In this document: positions 25,517-37,669 of the stretch, one piece after another
How the letters are laid out: each line of letters starts with the position of its first letter
Position numbering within the stretch: position 1 is the first letter of the stretch
DNA from: Sphaerodactylus townsendi
Taxonomy: Eukaryota
Length of the DNA stretch: 64,000 nt
Reading direction: 5' to 3'
Assembly: GCF_021028975.2 (NCBI RefSeq)
Contig: NC_059431.1
Span: 43,462,001-43,526,000, forward strand
Program-made: the position numbers and the translations under genes
Notes under the pieces: model-generated
Seen by the model: only the letters and a program-made list of their open reading frames with translations
Told to the model about the DNA's origin: nothing
Databases searched by the model: none

Positions 25517-28034
25517 TATTCCCAGAAAACCAAAGCATGATGTACCTCAAACTTGCAGCTCTGGAATGACTTGAAGTATTATTCTCAATACAACATGGAA
25601 ATGGTAAATGTAATTATTTGTAGTGCAGGTTATTTATTTATTTATTACCATTTATCAGTTAGATTGAATGTAAGCTACAACTACTAAAAGTTCAGTGTGA
25701 AGCAATGCTTATGATTATTAATTTCATTAAATAGTTTTAAAATGCCAGTCCACCTACTATAAATAGAATCTGCAAAGATCAAATAAGGTTAATTTCTCGT
25801 GCAATGAGATGAAGGATTTAAAAAACGACATCCATATAAGCAGCTCTGTGTCCTTTGCTAAGTAGAGGAGAAAGACTAACTGTTTAAACTCTAGGGTCAG
25901 ATGACTGATAGAGTGCATTGTCTGGAGACTTTCAGGTTTAGGACTAAACCGCTGTCATTGCTTGCAATTTCCAATATATAGCTGATAAGAGGCCCAAATG
26001 GCCCTTTCATATCTGTAGTAGCTAGGACATGCACCATGTACGGGTGTAAGATTAATTCCTATAAGGCTTCATTCTGATAGCTTGACTTCCTGTCAAATGA
26101 TACATTGCAGAAACGACTTCCAGATCTTTGCCCTTCCACTCCAATGTTAAATGTTGTTTCAGTACTTGAAGAATGGGCCAGTTAAATGGTGGAGCATGGT
26201 TGCTAAATGTGAATTCCCTCAATATGGGTAATTACTCAGAACTATGGAGACAATAGTAAAATACTTTTATTGACAGTATTTTATATAGTCCCTGGAGGGC
26301 AGTGTGCAAAAAAAATAGTTTTTCTTAAGATTAGGTTCTTTTGACATTTTAAAAGAACTTGACAAATACTTTAATACCAGGATTAATTCTAGTTACATTA
26401 GGAAATCAAACTACTCATAATGTTTATTGATTTCAGTGAGAAACATATATATTGGTATAATCCCTACTCCCAATCCAAATGACATAAAATTATAGCTCAC
26501 TCCCAAGGCATCTATCCTGACAATGTCTGAGGGTAGGAGGGTGGAAAAGGCAATTCAGATTCTCTTTTAGGGAGCTGTTATAAGGAAGGGTGAATGGACT
26601 GAGTGAGTCTTTCCTTCTCTTCCTTCAGTTTTCAAGCAGGGGTGGATGTTTGTTTTTAATGAAAACGAAGGAAGTATGCAGCAGGGAAGAACACAATGGT
26701 TCCTTTCTGTTCCTTTCTGTAATTTTTTTTCCAGTCTATCCAATTTCTTGTATTGGATCCTGACGATGAGAACATACACTTGAAACAACAAAATACATTA
26801 AGATAACGCAAGAGAAGAGGCACTGTTAATTCCCCTTACTAGTGCTTGATAATTTGGCTTAAAATAAACCCCCTCTGCTTTACATGTGAATGGGTAGAAA
26901 CACTTTTCAATATAGCAATACAAAATAAATTCATAGATCCTGAACTGATAGGTTTTTTGGTCATAAAGAGGATTTAATCCTTCATGTCTGATTTTTTCAT
27001 ATCCTAATTATTTGTGTGTGTTTTTACCAAAGCGTGGGAGGAGCCTCTGTCTCTATTCCACCACCCCCACCCCCCGCCTCTTCCTGAGGTGGAAAACTTC
27101 TTACTAAGGAGGGATTCCCAGCAGAAGAGGGTGTAAGCATTATCTTTTCCTCTTTCTCATGAGGGAACATTGGCAGACTGGGAAGGAAAAACAATTGTAG
27201 AAAATGCCTCCCAGCAGACCTGCCCCCCTCCTCTAGGAGGGATGAAGAGATGCCTCTTTGCATCTGTAGGGCAGGGTGCAGCCTCCTCTGGATTGTGGAG
27301 GGCTAGGTGCACCATCCTATAGACTATGCAAGGCTGGGCATTGCCTCCTGCATAGTAGGCTCAAGCTGCCTTTCTTCCATTAAGCTAGTGGAGCCCATGA
27401 GGGGATGCCATCAGCTGGTCATAATGGTCAATCTGTCCTGTTCAGTGGGTCTGCTTTCCTGTGCAAGCAAGCAGAAAAATTTTCTCAGTCCTCTGCAGGT
27501 GCACTGTTGTGATGCCCTTTTGTTGTGATGGTTAAGAATGTAACACAGCTAGCTACACAAGGCTGCAAAATGGGTAACCTGCCTATCAAGAGAAAGCTTG
27601 ATCTTCACCACACATGCATCATGCTTGCCCGCCCCAGCACATAGCCCTGCCTGCCAACAGGTAGATACAAACAAAGCTCCCCCTCCACAAGCTATGAGGT
27701 AGTCAGGCTGTGAAGTGCAGTCCCAGATACCAAAACTGGTCATGCAAAAAAAGGCCCCGTTCCTGAATCAAACTGTAAATCCTCCCAAAGTCCAAGACAG
27801 TACAATGCTTGGTGGAAAATGTAAATGCTATGTAGAAAAATGTCATTGTGGCAAATCTGTTTGGAGGGAACAGGGACCAAACATTATGATAACACTTCTG
27901 ACAAGTACTTATCTTCTGAGTCTCTCTCCTTCCTGGTCTTCCTAACACCCACTCCACTGAAAAATGAAAGTAAATAGGGAGGTGCCACAATAACTGAGAT
28001 AGGTCAGTTGCTGTGTTGGATCTTGTAGAACAGC

Positions 28035-28214
28035 NNNNNNNNNNNNNNNNNNNNNNNNNNNNNNNNNNNNNNNNNNNNNNNNNNNNNNNNNNNNNNNNNN
28101 NNNNNNNNNNNNNNNNNNNNNNNNNNNNNNNNNNNNNNNNNNNNNNNNNNNNNNNNNNNNNNNNNNNNNNNNNNNNNNNNNNNNNNNNNNNNNNNNNNNN
28201 NNNNNNNNNNNNNN
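28035..28214. other. Assembly gap (N run)
   Basis: Run of N abutting the (GAA/CAA)n SINE tail. Confidence 1.
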
Positions 28215-28544
28215 GAACAACAAGAAGAACAACAAGAAGAAGAAGAACAAGAAGAAGAGTTTGGATTTATATCCCCCCTTTCTCTCCTGCAGGAGACTCA
28301 AAGGGGCTTACAATCTCCTTGCCCTTCCCCCCTCACAACAAACACCCTGTGAGGTAGGTGGGGCTGAGAGAGCTCCGAACAGCTGTGACTAGCTCAAGGT
28401 CACCCAGCTGGCGTGTGGGGGAGTGTACAGGCTAATCTGAATTCCCCAGATAAGCCTCCACAGCTCAGGCGGCAGAGCTGGGAATCGAACCCGGTTCCTC
28501 CAGATTAGATACATGAGCTCTTAACCTCCTACGCCACTGCTGCT
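28215..28544 (-). mobile_element. Squam3-type SINE, full length
   Basis: Complete head, CORE and tail. Family identity with the other copies in the window. Confidence 0.92.
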
Positions 28545-28689
28545 GAGATTGGTCCTTACTTTTTCCTACCTATGCAACCTGTCATTGGTCCTAAACTGTT
28601 TTCTGAATATCATGAAAGCTTCACAAGCAAAGTGAGCATCAAAATGGGCACAGGGGAGTCAAATAGACCTGCAAACCATTCCCTCCTCC

Positions 28690-29162
28690 CAGTTTGCATG
28701 CTTCCATGCAGGCTGGTGTGTTACGTGCTGCTGTGGCCCACAGAGGCATGTCCTGTTTTTCAAAAACTTACCTTCTCTCCCTGTGCAGCTCCACAGGGAT
28801 GAGGAGACACACCTCTGCGGCCACGGCAACTCCTCAGAGGTCGGAGGACAGCGTGGGCATGTCTCCTCATCCCTGCAGAGCTGCGCAGGGAGAGAAGGTA
28901 CGTTTTTAAAAAGCAGGATGCGCCTAAAAGCGCCACCTCCCACCCAGTTCTATTCACTGGGCACCAGGTGCAAAATGATGTTTTTGAAAAGCCTCACTCA
29001 TTGAGCGAGTTTCAAAAACAGCATTTCCCCACTGGTTGTGGGGGAGGAGGAAGCACAGTACTGCCTCATTTTGAAGGCGGCAGCTGTGTGAAAACACAGC
29101 ACCCCAAGAATGGTGTTTTTACCATGCTTCTGGTGGTGTTTTTGGCCCATGCGGAGTGGCCC
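28690..29162. mobile_element. Harbinger-type MITE, left end missing
   Basis: Right terminus gcccatgcggagtggccc. Long internal palindrome at 28744-28925. Confidence 0.55.
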
Positions 29163-29200
29163 TGAGAATAGATCTTCATTAGGAATACAGTCTGATTATA

Positions 29201-29250
29201 TTTCTATTATTCTATTTCTATTATTCTATTTCTATTCTATTTCTATTATT
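29201..29250. repeat. (TTCTA/TTCTATTA)n simple repeat
   Basis: Direct inspection. Confidence 0.85.
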
Positions 29251-29349
29251 AGTTAGAGTGGGTTGGGCCATTCACAAGGCATTCTCATCAATCAAGTATG
29301 GGGACATGTAAGGGTGATACTGTGGATGCTCAGATATTGGAATCATGAC

Positions 29350-30812
29350 ATTATTATTTAATTTTATTTGAAATCACACCTGCCAGCTCTTTAGCGGGTT
29401 GTTGGCCTTCCATTACCATTTGAGTCTCACCCGAGTCCTAAGAAGTTGTAATGTATCAGTATAGTATTCATGCAGATCACAGCAGGGCTGCCTTCTGAAT
29501 CTGACAGATGTTAATTTTGCCGATTTGAATATATTTCAAGTGCTTCCCTAGTGTTTTTGGAATGGTGTCCAGGGTGCTGATTATCACTGGGATGACCTCA
29601 GCTGGTTTGTGCCATAGTTACTAAAGCTCAATTTTCAAATGGTATTTAGGGACCTTCTCATGTTCTTTTTCAATGACCCTGCTGTCACCAGGTACTGCTA
29701 TGTTGACGATAGACACTTTCATATCCTCGATCACTGTGATGTGCCGAGACTTTGTCCGTTTGGATTCAAAAGTCCCACAAGATCTTGACCTTCTCATTTT
29801 TCATGACTTTTTCTGGACAATGTTCCCACCAGTTTTTAGCTGTCCTAATGTTGTAATTCCTGCATAAACTCCAGTGGATCATCTTGGCCACAGAGTTTGT
29901 CTCTGTATTCAGTCTGGGCAATCTTTTTGCATCAGCTGAGTACATGATCTACAGTTTCCTCGGCTTCCTTGCACATTCTGCACTTTGCATCATCTGAGGA
30001 TTTTTCAATTCTGGCCTTGATTGTATTTGTTCTAATGACCTGCTCTTGAACAGCTAAAATCAGGGATTCAGTTTCCTTTTTTAGAGTTCCAGTTAACAAC
30101 AGCCAGGTCTTTTCAATGTCCACCTTGTTCTTGATCTTCTCCAGAGACTGGCTGTGCAATGCTTTGTTGTGGCAGCTTTCAGTCCTTGTTCTAATCACAT
30201 TTTTTGCTGCATTCCTGTTTGGTTCTCTGGGCTTTCAGTAAATGCCTGTTCTTCACTTCCACCAATGCCTATTCTTTCACATTTCACATTATTTCACATA
30301 ATCAGCCAGTGCATTTTTCTCCTCCTCTACTGTTTGCTTTACTTGCAGTAACTCTCTGCCACCAGATCTTTGGGGAAGGTATAGTCTATTAGTATCACAA
30401 CATGGGTGTAAGGTGTCATAAGCGTTTGAGTTTTTCTATCCAATGCATCCAAATCAGCCTGTGTGCAGTTGATGATTCTGGTGGTGTACCTGATGACAAG
30501 TATGACCCAGGTGTTGATGACCTTGATGGTATTCCTGCCATTTAATTTGGATTTCAATATTTTCCTGACCCTCTGGGTGTATTTTCTGTTGATCACAGTC
30601 TTCACTTGCCTGTGCTTGATGTTATCCAAATGCAAAATGCCCAGTTGGGCAGAATGCCCAGTTGGACTAATCTTTTTGATTGCATTTGATTAGTCGGCCA
30701 TCATGCATTTCTATGATGTCACTCTCAATGATCTTGCCACTCTTTATCACCACAATGGCACACTTTTCCTGGCCAAACTCGAAATGTCTGCACTGAATAT
30801 TCAGACTGTGTT
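29350..30812 (-). mobile_element. Dong/R4-clade LINE, 5'-truncated
   Basis: Minus-strand peptides YTQRVRKILKSKLNGRNTIKVINTW and KKETESLILAVQEQVIRTNTIKARIEKSSDDAKCRMCKEAEETVDHVLS (zinc knuckle), followed by a restriction-like endonuclease region. (TAA)-like 3' flank. Confidence 0.85.

Positions 30813-30890
<78 letters not shown>
30813..30890. repeat. (TAC)n microsatellite
   Basis: About 26 perfect units. Confidence 0.97.
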
Positions 30891-31136
30891 AATCATTATC
30901 ATCGTCCTTACATTTGCTGTACACTCCTCAGCAACAGATCTATTGGGGTTTAAGTTTTCATCATTTTGGAATATTCTGGGATGGGTAAAACATACTGAAC
31001 TTTATATTCATTAACCTCTAAACTCCTGGCACAAATAGATTACTGGCACCACCCAACCAAAGCACCTTGTGCTCTGCTTTCACTTGCTATAATGTCAATA
31101 GTCTAGATTTGGCTCTTTTGATAATGGGTTAGTCTT

Positions 31137-31460
31137 AAGAAGAGGAAGAAGAAGAGGAGGAGGAGGAGGAGGAGGAGGAGAGGAGTAGTAGTTTGGATTT
31201 ATACCCCACATTTCTCTCTTGTAAGGAGACTCAAGGTGACTTACAAGCTCCTTTCCCTTCCTCTCCCCACAAATATGTGGGGCTGAGAGAGTTCTGAAGA
31301 ACTGTGACTAGCCCAAGGTCATCCAGCAGGAATGTAGGACTGCAGAAACACATCTGGTTCACCAGATAAACCTCTGCCACTCAGGCAGAGGAGTGGGGAA
31401 TCAAACCTGGTTCTCCAGATTAGAATCCACCTGTTCTTAACCACTACACCACATTGGCTT
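31137..31460 (-). mobile_element. Squam3-type SINE (divergent subfamily)
   Basis: (CTT/CCT)n tail, gagactcaaggtgacttacaag, ccagataaacctctgccactc and the tRNA-like head. Confidence 0.85.
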
Positions 31461-32182
31461 TTAGTGACTGAAGCATGTGCCAAAGCTTTCCCCCCCGCCC
31501 TAGATTGGGGTATCTTAATTACATCCAACCAGTTCATAAGGTGAATGTTGCTACATGGACAACCACAAAGTGAAAATACCACCCCAAAAAAACACAAAAA
31601 GATTTGAGAATAATTTTAAATCTTTGTGCATATTAGGGAATTGATATTTAAAAAAACCTGCTGGCATGCACATGTAAAACAAATTAATTTTGTATTAAAA
31701 ACTTTTCTCTGAAACATTTGTTTTTCATCTGGCAACAAATGAAATTTAATTTCAAGTTGTTTCATGTCATTTTCAAAAAGATGCACAGGAGGTTCCTAAA
31801 CTTATGTATACACATCTCATTATTTCTCAGTGGGATTTGTGTTTTTACCACCTGCTCACAATTGGGAACACTTACCCTAATGCCACTGTAGCAAACTTTA
31901 CCACTGGGCCTCTTTTCAGAATACAATTTTAATTTCTGCTGCATTGTTTCATACAATATATTTTAAAAATTGCATATGGACTTAAGGAAAAAAAGACAAC
32001 CATGTGACTCCACCACCATGGGAAGTTTTAGAAGCAAAGTTATTGCATTTATATCTGTCACTTTATTGGCTCAGGATTATTTGCAAAGCAGAAAAATGGT
32101 AAATCAGAAAGTGCTATAGCACCTTAGAAACTATACCTATGCATTATTGAGAGCCAACCCACTAGACTCAATCAGATATCAA

Positions 32183-32300
32183 CATAGAAGAAGAAAGGAG
32201 GACAGGAACCTGTTCCTTTTGGCAGCAGAGGACCAGACTTGCAATAATGGATTTAAATTACAGGTACCAACTAGATATTAAGATTTTGTTTTTTACAGTA
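32183..32300 (+). mobile_element. CR1 LINE 3' fragment
   Basis: ctgttc..gcagaggaccagacttgcaataatggatttaaattacag..agatatta..ttttttacagta matches the CR1 ORF2 end (RTR.NG.KL..F.LDIRK.FLTV). Confidence 0.6.
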
Positions 32301-32967
32301 TTTATTTATTTATTGGATTTATTAATCACCCCTCCTAGGTCTGGCTTAGGGTGATGAACAAACAAAACATAAAGTACCCATAGTTTAAAAGTTGAAGACA
32401 GTACCTAAAATAATTAGATAAAACCACGAAATCTATAAAATCAACAAATTAATAAAACCAAACTGTGGGCTAATATAACACATAGCCCTGGGGAGGCTGG
32501 TGGTCATAGGACTAGCCTCAATGAAATGCCTGGTGGAACAGCTCCATTTTGCAGGCCCTGCAGACTCCATGGAGCCTCTGGGAGGCTGCCAAGGAGGGGG
32601 CCAAGGCCAAAAAGGCCCTGACCCGCATTGAGGCCAGACAAACCTACTGTGGGAGAGGAGCAATTAGGAGTCCCTTGGCTCCTGATTTTAATGTCCACTG
32701 GGGGTTATAACAAAAGAGGAAGTCACACAAATATCCTGGGCCCAAACTGTGAAGAGCTTTAAACATCAGTGTTAAAACCATGAATCTGATCTGGTGCTCA
32801 ACTGGCAACCAGTACAGCTCGTGTAGCACCAGTGATATATGTGCACACCATTGCATCCCTGAGAGGTGATGGGCAGCTGCATTCTGAACCAACTGGAGTT
32901 TCTGGATCAGTCTCAAAGGCAGCCTACCATAGAGTGCATTGCAGTAGTCCAATCTGGAGGTGACCAT
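32301..32967 (-). mobile_element. L2 LINE 3' end
   Basis: ORF MVTSRLDYCNALYGRLPLRLIQKLQLVQNAAAH...LHELYWLPV, with a (TAAA)n tail at 32301. Confidence 0.9.
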
Positions 32968-33019
32968 CGGACCTGCTGGAGATCGCTGGACCAGAGAAGA
33001 TCTGACTGGCCTCTATAAG

Positions 33020-33125
33020 GTGGAACAAGCTCCTTAAAGAGATCAGGGCCCTGCGGGATCTACAGAGTTTCCGCAGGGCCTGTAAAACAGATGTGTTCCA
33101 CCAGGCTTTGGGCCAGCCACCGTAA
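33020..33125 (+). mobile_element. L2 fragment in opposite orientation
   Basis: tggaacaagctcc..gagatcagggccctg..ttccgcagggcctgtaaaacagatgtgttccaccaggc (WN.LP.EIRAL..F.RACKT..F.QA). Confidence 0.65.
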
Positions 33126-33451
33126 TCATTTGTGTGTATCTATGATTTGTTAGTAGTAGAAACAGATAAGAAAAAATAACTTTTTAAAAAATACAAAGCT
33201 TTTACCTAATGAATTGGATGTCTTTCTCAAATAAGTTGTGCTTGAGCAATTTTTAAGCATCCTGCATTGTCAGAGGTCTAGCAATTAAGATCATCAAAAG
33301 AACAATAGTGCTCTTGAAACATCTCCCCTAAGTTAGGGAGCATTCTAGATGAGCCAAGCTGGGTGAGTGAAGGTTAGTGCACTGCTATACTATGGCAAGA
33401 CACAAACCATGGCTGTTTGTTTTTAATAAACAACCAGAAATGTTCTTGGTC

Positions 33452-33600
33452 TAAAAAAGGTAAAGGTAGTGCCTGCTGCAAGCACTGGATCATTATTGAC
33501 CCATGGAGTGACATCACTTCATGATTTTTACTAGACAATGTTTACAGGGTGGTTTGTCATTGCCTTCCCCAGTAGTCTACGCTTTACCCTCAGCAAGCTG
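33452..33600 (-). mobile_element. Sauria SINE 3' half
   Basis: aaaggtaaaggta tail and ggtggtttgtcattgccttcccc motif. Confidence 0.75.
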
Positions 33601-34589
33601 TTCTTGTTCTAAAACCCACTTTTATTTTTTAAAAATAGAAATCAAAAATTCAAAAAGCTGTTCCTCAGCATTCTTAGGTGGGGCAAATCATTGCTCCAAG
33701 GTGCGTTGAGGTTCTGATTAGTCCCATTCTGACTAGGGCCTTTTTCCTACCTCATGTGCTTAATCCCTCAGTTTCAGTCATGTCAGTAAGGAAAACAAAA
33801 GTGACTGTTATATTGAGGAAGAAACTGTGTTATCATTTCCTCCATAGCACTCATTTATGTATCAGAGTATTGGCTTTCTGTATTATCGTCATCACTTATC
33901 AGCATGGCTGATGCATCAGTGTGGTTTTTGCTCTCTCCCCTTTACTTACCCACTTGATATTATAGCTTTCCCTGCTTGCCAACAGGGCTGGGAAACAAAG
34001 TGCATCAGTTTCCCTAGTACCCAAGGGAGCACTGTTCAGATATTTTCATTGCCACTGTTCTGGACTGATTCAAAGCTATACATCCATTACAGTGTGTGAA
34101 AAATCATTGCAACGTGAAAAACAATTGACATGTTAATTGCAGCTTACAACAAACACCTGTCAGTCAAATAAACCTTCAGACAAATGGTGCTCAGCACTAA
34201 ACGTTATCTCAAACAGCCCTCGCCCCAGGCAGTGAGAAATGCTTATGCCTGAATAAGTCTTATCATCTACCTAGATCTTAGCTATTTTTAAGAAACATGA
34301 GCAACTGTAGCAGTAACTTCTTACAAAGGCCAGTATTTTGCCCTGCTAAGTGTTGATTATTTTTTTTCATTCAAAGTATTTGTAGCTGTGCTGGCCCCAC
34401 CAAATGAGAAACACATATCTAGTTAATACCTTTTATGTAGACCTTTAAACCCTGGAAATTACTTTCAAATTGTACAGAGTTCCCCTTGTTTGCCTTAACT
34501 ACCACCTCCTTCCAAAACTGAATCTCATTGTGGCAGCTCTTCTAAAACTGATTATTTAGTATGATTTATTGATTAAAGCTTTTGTCACA

Positions 34590-34730
34590 GGCTCATTCCG
34601 CACATGCAGAATAATGCACTTTCAAACTGCTTTCAGTGCTCTTTGAAGCTGTGCGGAATAGCAAAATCCACTTGCAAACAGTTGTGAAAGTGGTTTGAAA
34701 ACACATTATTTTGTGTGTGCGGAAGGGGCC
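34590..34730. mobile_element. PIF/Harbinger-type MITE (141 bp)
   Basis: Copy of 10327-10467, with 3-bp TSD aca. Confidence 0.88.
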
Positions 34731-35110
34731 ACAGATTTCAGAATCATACCCATTGAATTGGGAAAGCCATCTGCCCTATGATCCAGCTTTTTGTCCTCAA
34801 AAAAGTACCTCTCCTTGTTTTGCAGTGTTCAGATAGTCTCAGACATTTCAGAGCATGGTCTACTCTCTGAGAATAACTGTCATGTGTGGCATAGGCATCT
34901 GCACAGGACTCCCTCTTTTTTTCTTCTCCAATCAAGGTTGAGCCTTGGTCAAATGTACAAGTGTATCCACAACACAGGGTACAGGCCATACATCTAGCTA
35001 ACCCTCTCCTACTGTGGGCCCAAATGACCAAATATTTGTACTGAAAGAAGAAAGGTCCTCCACTAACTGAAGTTGATCCAAGTTACCATCTTTTACACCC
35101 AGTCATAGTC

Positions 35111-35331
35111 CAGTGGTGGGATTCAAACATTTTAACAACAGGTTCCGATGGTGGTGGGATTCAAATAACGACTGTTTAAAAGTATTTAAAAATATTTTAA
35201 TATCACTTTTTTATTTTAAGTATTAAAATATTAATACTTAATAAAAATATTTTAAGTATTAAAAAAGTGATATTTTAAATTTTAACAACAGGTTCTACAG
35301 AACCTTCGGAGCCCCCTGAATCCCACCTCTG
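35111..35331. mobile_element. hAT MITE (same family as 9989, inverted) with AT-rich insert
   Basis: TIRs cagtggtgggattca / tgaatcccacctctg. Flanks agtcata(g)tc / agtcata(c) form an imperfect TSD. Confidence 0.8.
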
Positions 35332-36033
35332 AGTCATACCCACAAAAATAATTAGTTAATAAAAGGACCCGGAAGAAATACGCAGTTAGAATGGAAAATG
35401 GACAAGACTGTGGAAATCTAATAAGTGTCTCTTATGCACATTCTCTCCCCCAATGTGCTATAGTGTCTTGCAGATATGTAGTACCTGGACTTAAGATTTC
35501 TTTCTTTCTTTTTAATAAGAAACATATTATTTTCATAACTTACTTTTGGAATCATTCCTGGTTTCTGGAAACAAATTATTAAAACTGAGCATATGGAGGT
35601 CTTAAAGTAGAACCTTATGGAAGGGAGAAACATCTTTTCCAGTTGATTCTTTCTATTTTGCAGTATCTTAAAATAAAAAGAAATGATTGCAAACTTTGGC
35701 GATAGAAGATGTTCATTGGAACTTTTTTTTTTCTTTTCAGGCTACAGTTTTCAGTTTTCTTCTGAGTGGAAAAAGGATATCACACCAAAGCACAATTCTT
35801 ATGTTCAAAAGAATTTAGCTGCATTTATGTTTTCAGGGAAAATTGCATCTTGAGAGATGAAAGCACAATATCCACATTTTCTTTACCAGTTTCTTCTTTT
35901 GAGGCAAGATTGATTGGCTTGGGAAATAATGGAATGTCTTCCACTTAGCCCAGTAAACAATGGATTAGCCTTGAACTCTTCAGGCCCACTTGGGGTGGTG
36001 CAAAAGTGCAGGTATACAGGAGTAAAGCACAAA

Positions 36034-37148
36034 AGAATAGAATCTTTATTGGCCAAGTGTGATTGGACACACAAGGAATTTGTCTCCGGTGCATATGCTC
36101 TCAGTGTACATAAAAGAAAATACATTTGTCAAGAATCATAAGGTACAGCACTTAATGATTGTCATATAGGTCTAGTAAGCAATCAGGAAACAATCAATAG
36201 TAATAAAAACATAAAATGTAAAATCATAAAATAAAATGAAATGTCAGCACAGGCTATAGTCATTTTAGTCATAATTGGGAGGAGATGGGTAATAGGAATG
36301 ATGAAAAAAGTAGTGCAATGATATAATAAATATATAATAAATAGTTTGACATTATCGAGGGTGTTTGTTTAACAAGAGTGATGGCACATTCGGGGAAAAA
36401 AACTGTTCTTATGTCTAGTTGTCTTGGTGTGCAGTGCTCTGTAGCGGCGTTTAGAGGTAGAAGTTGAAACGGTTTATCTGTCAGGATCGCGAGGGTCGAA
36501 ATAAATATTTTCACAGCCCTTTTGACTTCCATTACATTATCTGGGTCCTCCAATGGAGAGCAGGTTAAGCAGCAATTGTTGTTTTTTTCTGCAGTTCACA
36601 GTTATTCTCTGATCTGTGTCGTCTTGTTGGGTTGCAGAACCAAACCACACAGTTATAGAGGTGCAGATGACAACTCAATGATTCTCCTGTAGAACTGTAT
36701 CAGCAGCTCCTTAGGCGGACCCAGGCTTCCTGAGTTAGGCAGAAAAGAGGAACATTCTTTGTTGTGCTTTTGATGACATTTTTTGATATTGGTGTTGACC
36801 ATTTTAGGTCATGGGATATGATGGAGCCTAGAAATTTAAGGGTCTCTACTGTTGATACTGTGGTGTGTGGTATTGTGAGAGGAGGTTGGATGGGAGGGTG
36901 TCTCCTGAAAGCTACCACCGCTTCTCACGGTTTTAAGTGTGTTCAGTTCTAGATTGTTCAGTGGCACCACCGAGGCTAGTTGTTTCAACCTCCCGTCTGT
37001 ATGCGGTTTCATCGTTGTCTCGAATGAGACCAATCACTGTTGTATCATCTGCAAATTTCAGTATTTTAACAGATGGATCATTTGAGATGCAGTCATTGGT
37101 ATACAGAGAGAAGAGAAGTGGTGAAAGTACACAGCCTTGGGGGGCCCC
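36034..37148 (-). mobile_element. Rex1/Babar-clade LINE, 5'-truncated
   Basis: Minus strand encodes GAPQGCVLSPLLFSLYTNDCISNDPSVKILKFADDTTVIGLIRDNDETAYRREVE (RT, FADD) and TVETLKFLGSIISHDLKW. (TATTC)-type tail. Confidence 0.88.
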
Positions 37149-37669
37149 AAGCTCCTCCTAACATGTATTAAAGCATATTTCATGATGTCAGCACACTATG
37201 TTCCCTGGCCTGGGTTCCACATTAGCTGCCAGGGCAGGAGCCAGTTTCCTGATATGTCATGTAGTAAGTATTACTACAGGTGATGGAATCAGGTGGTAAG
37301 AATAATGTTGCCTTTTTAATCTGGTGCCCTTGTTTCTTGTGACAAGTGAGAACTCACAAAGACTTGCAGGAAGCATCTCATTTTACCCTCCCCTGTTATT
37401 TCTTTTTTCTCATTCCTAAACCTCCCATAGCCTCTCTTCTTTACCTGTTTCATTCTGTCCTTCTAGAGTTGCCAGAACTCCTTCCCACCCAACAGTCAAC
37501 CATGGACATGTAGGCTCTGATATTTCCATTACAGTGAACATTTCAAAAGTTGAATTCCCAATAATAGGGATAAATCCTACAAGCACATCTACCAATGAGC
37601 CAAGGAGGTGATGTTACCTGCATGTCCCCTTCCATGCATATAGCTGTATACACCCACAAGTTGTGTATT

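Noticed and set aside
30667-31014. Poly-Ser / poly-Thr ORFs
   Set aside because: Translations of the (TAC)n microsatellite.
35720-35770. Strong-looking splice acceptor (t-run + cag at 35740)
   Set aside because: No credible downstream exon or donor, and such tracts are common by chance.
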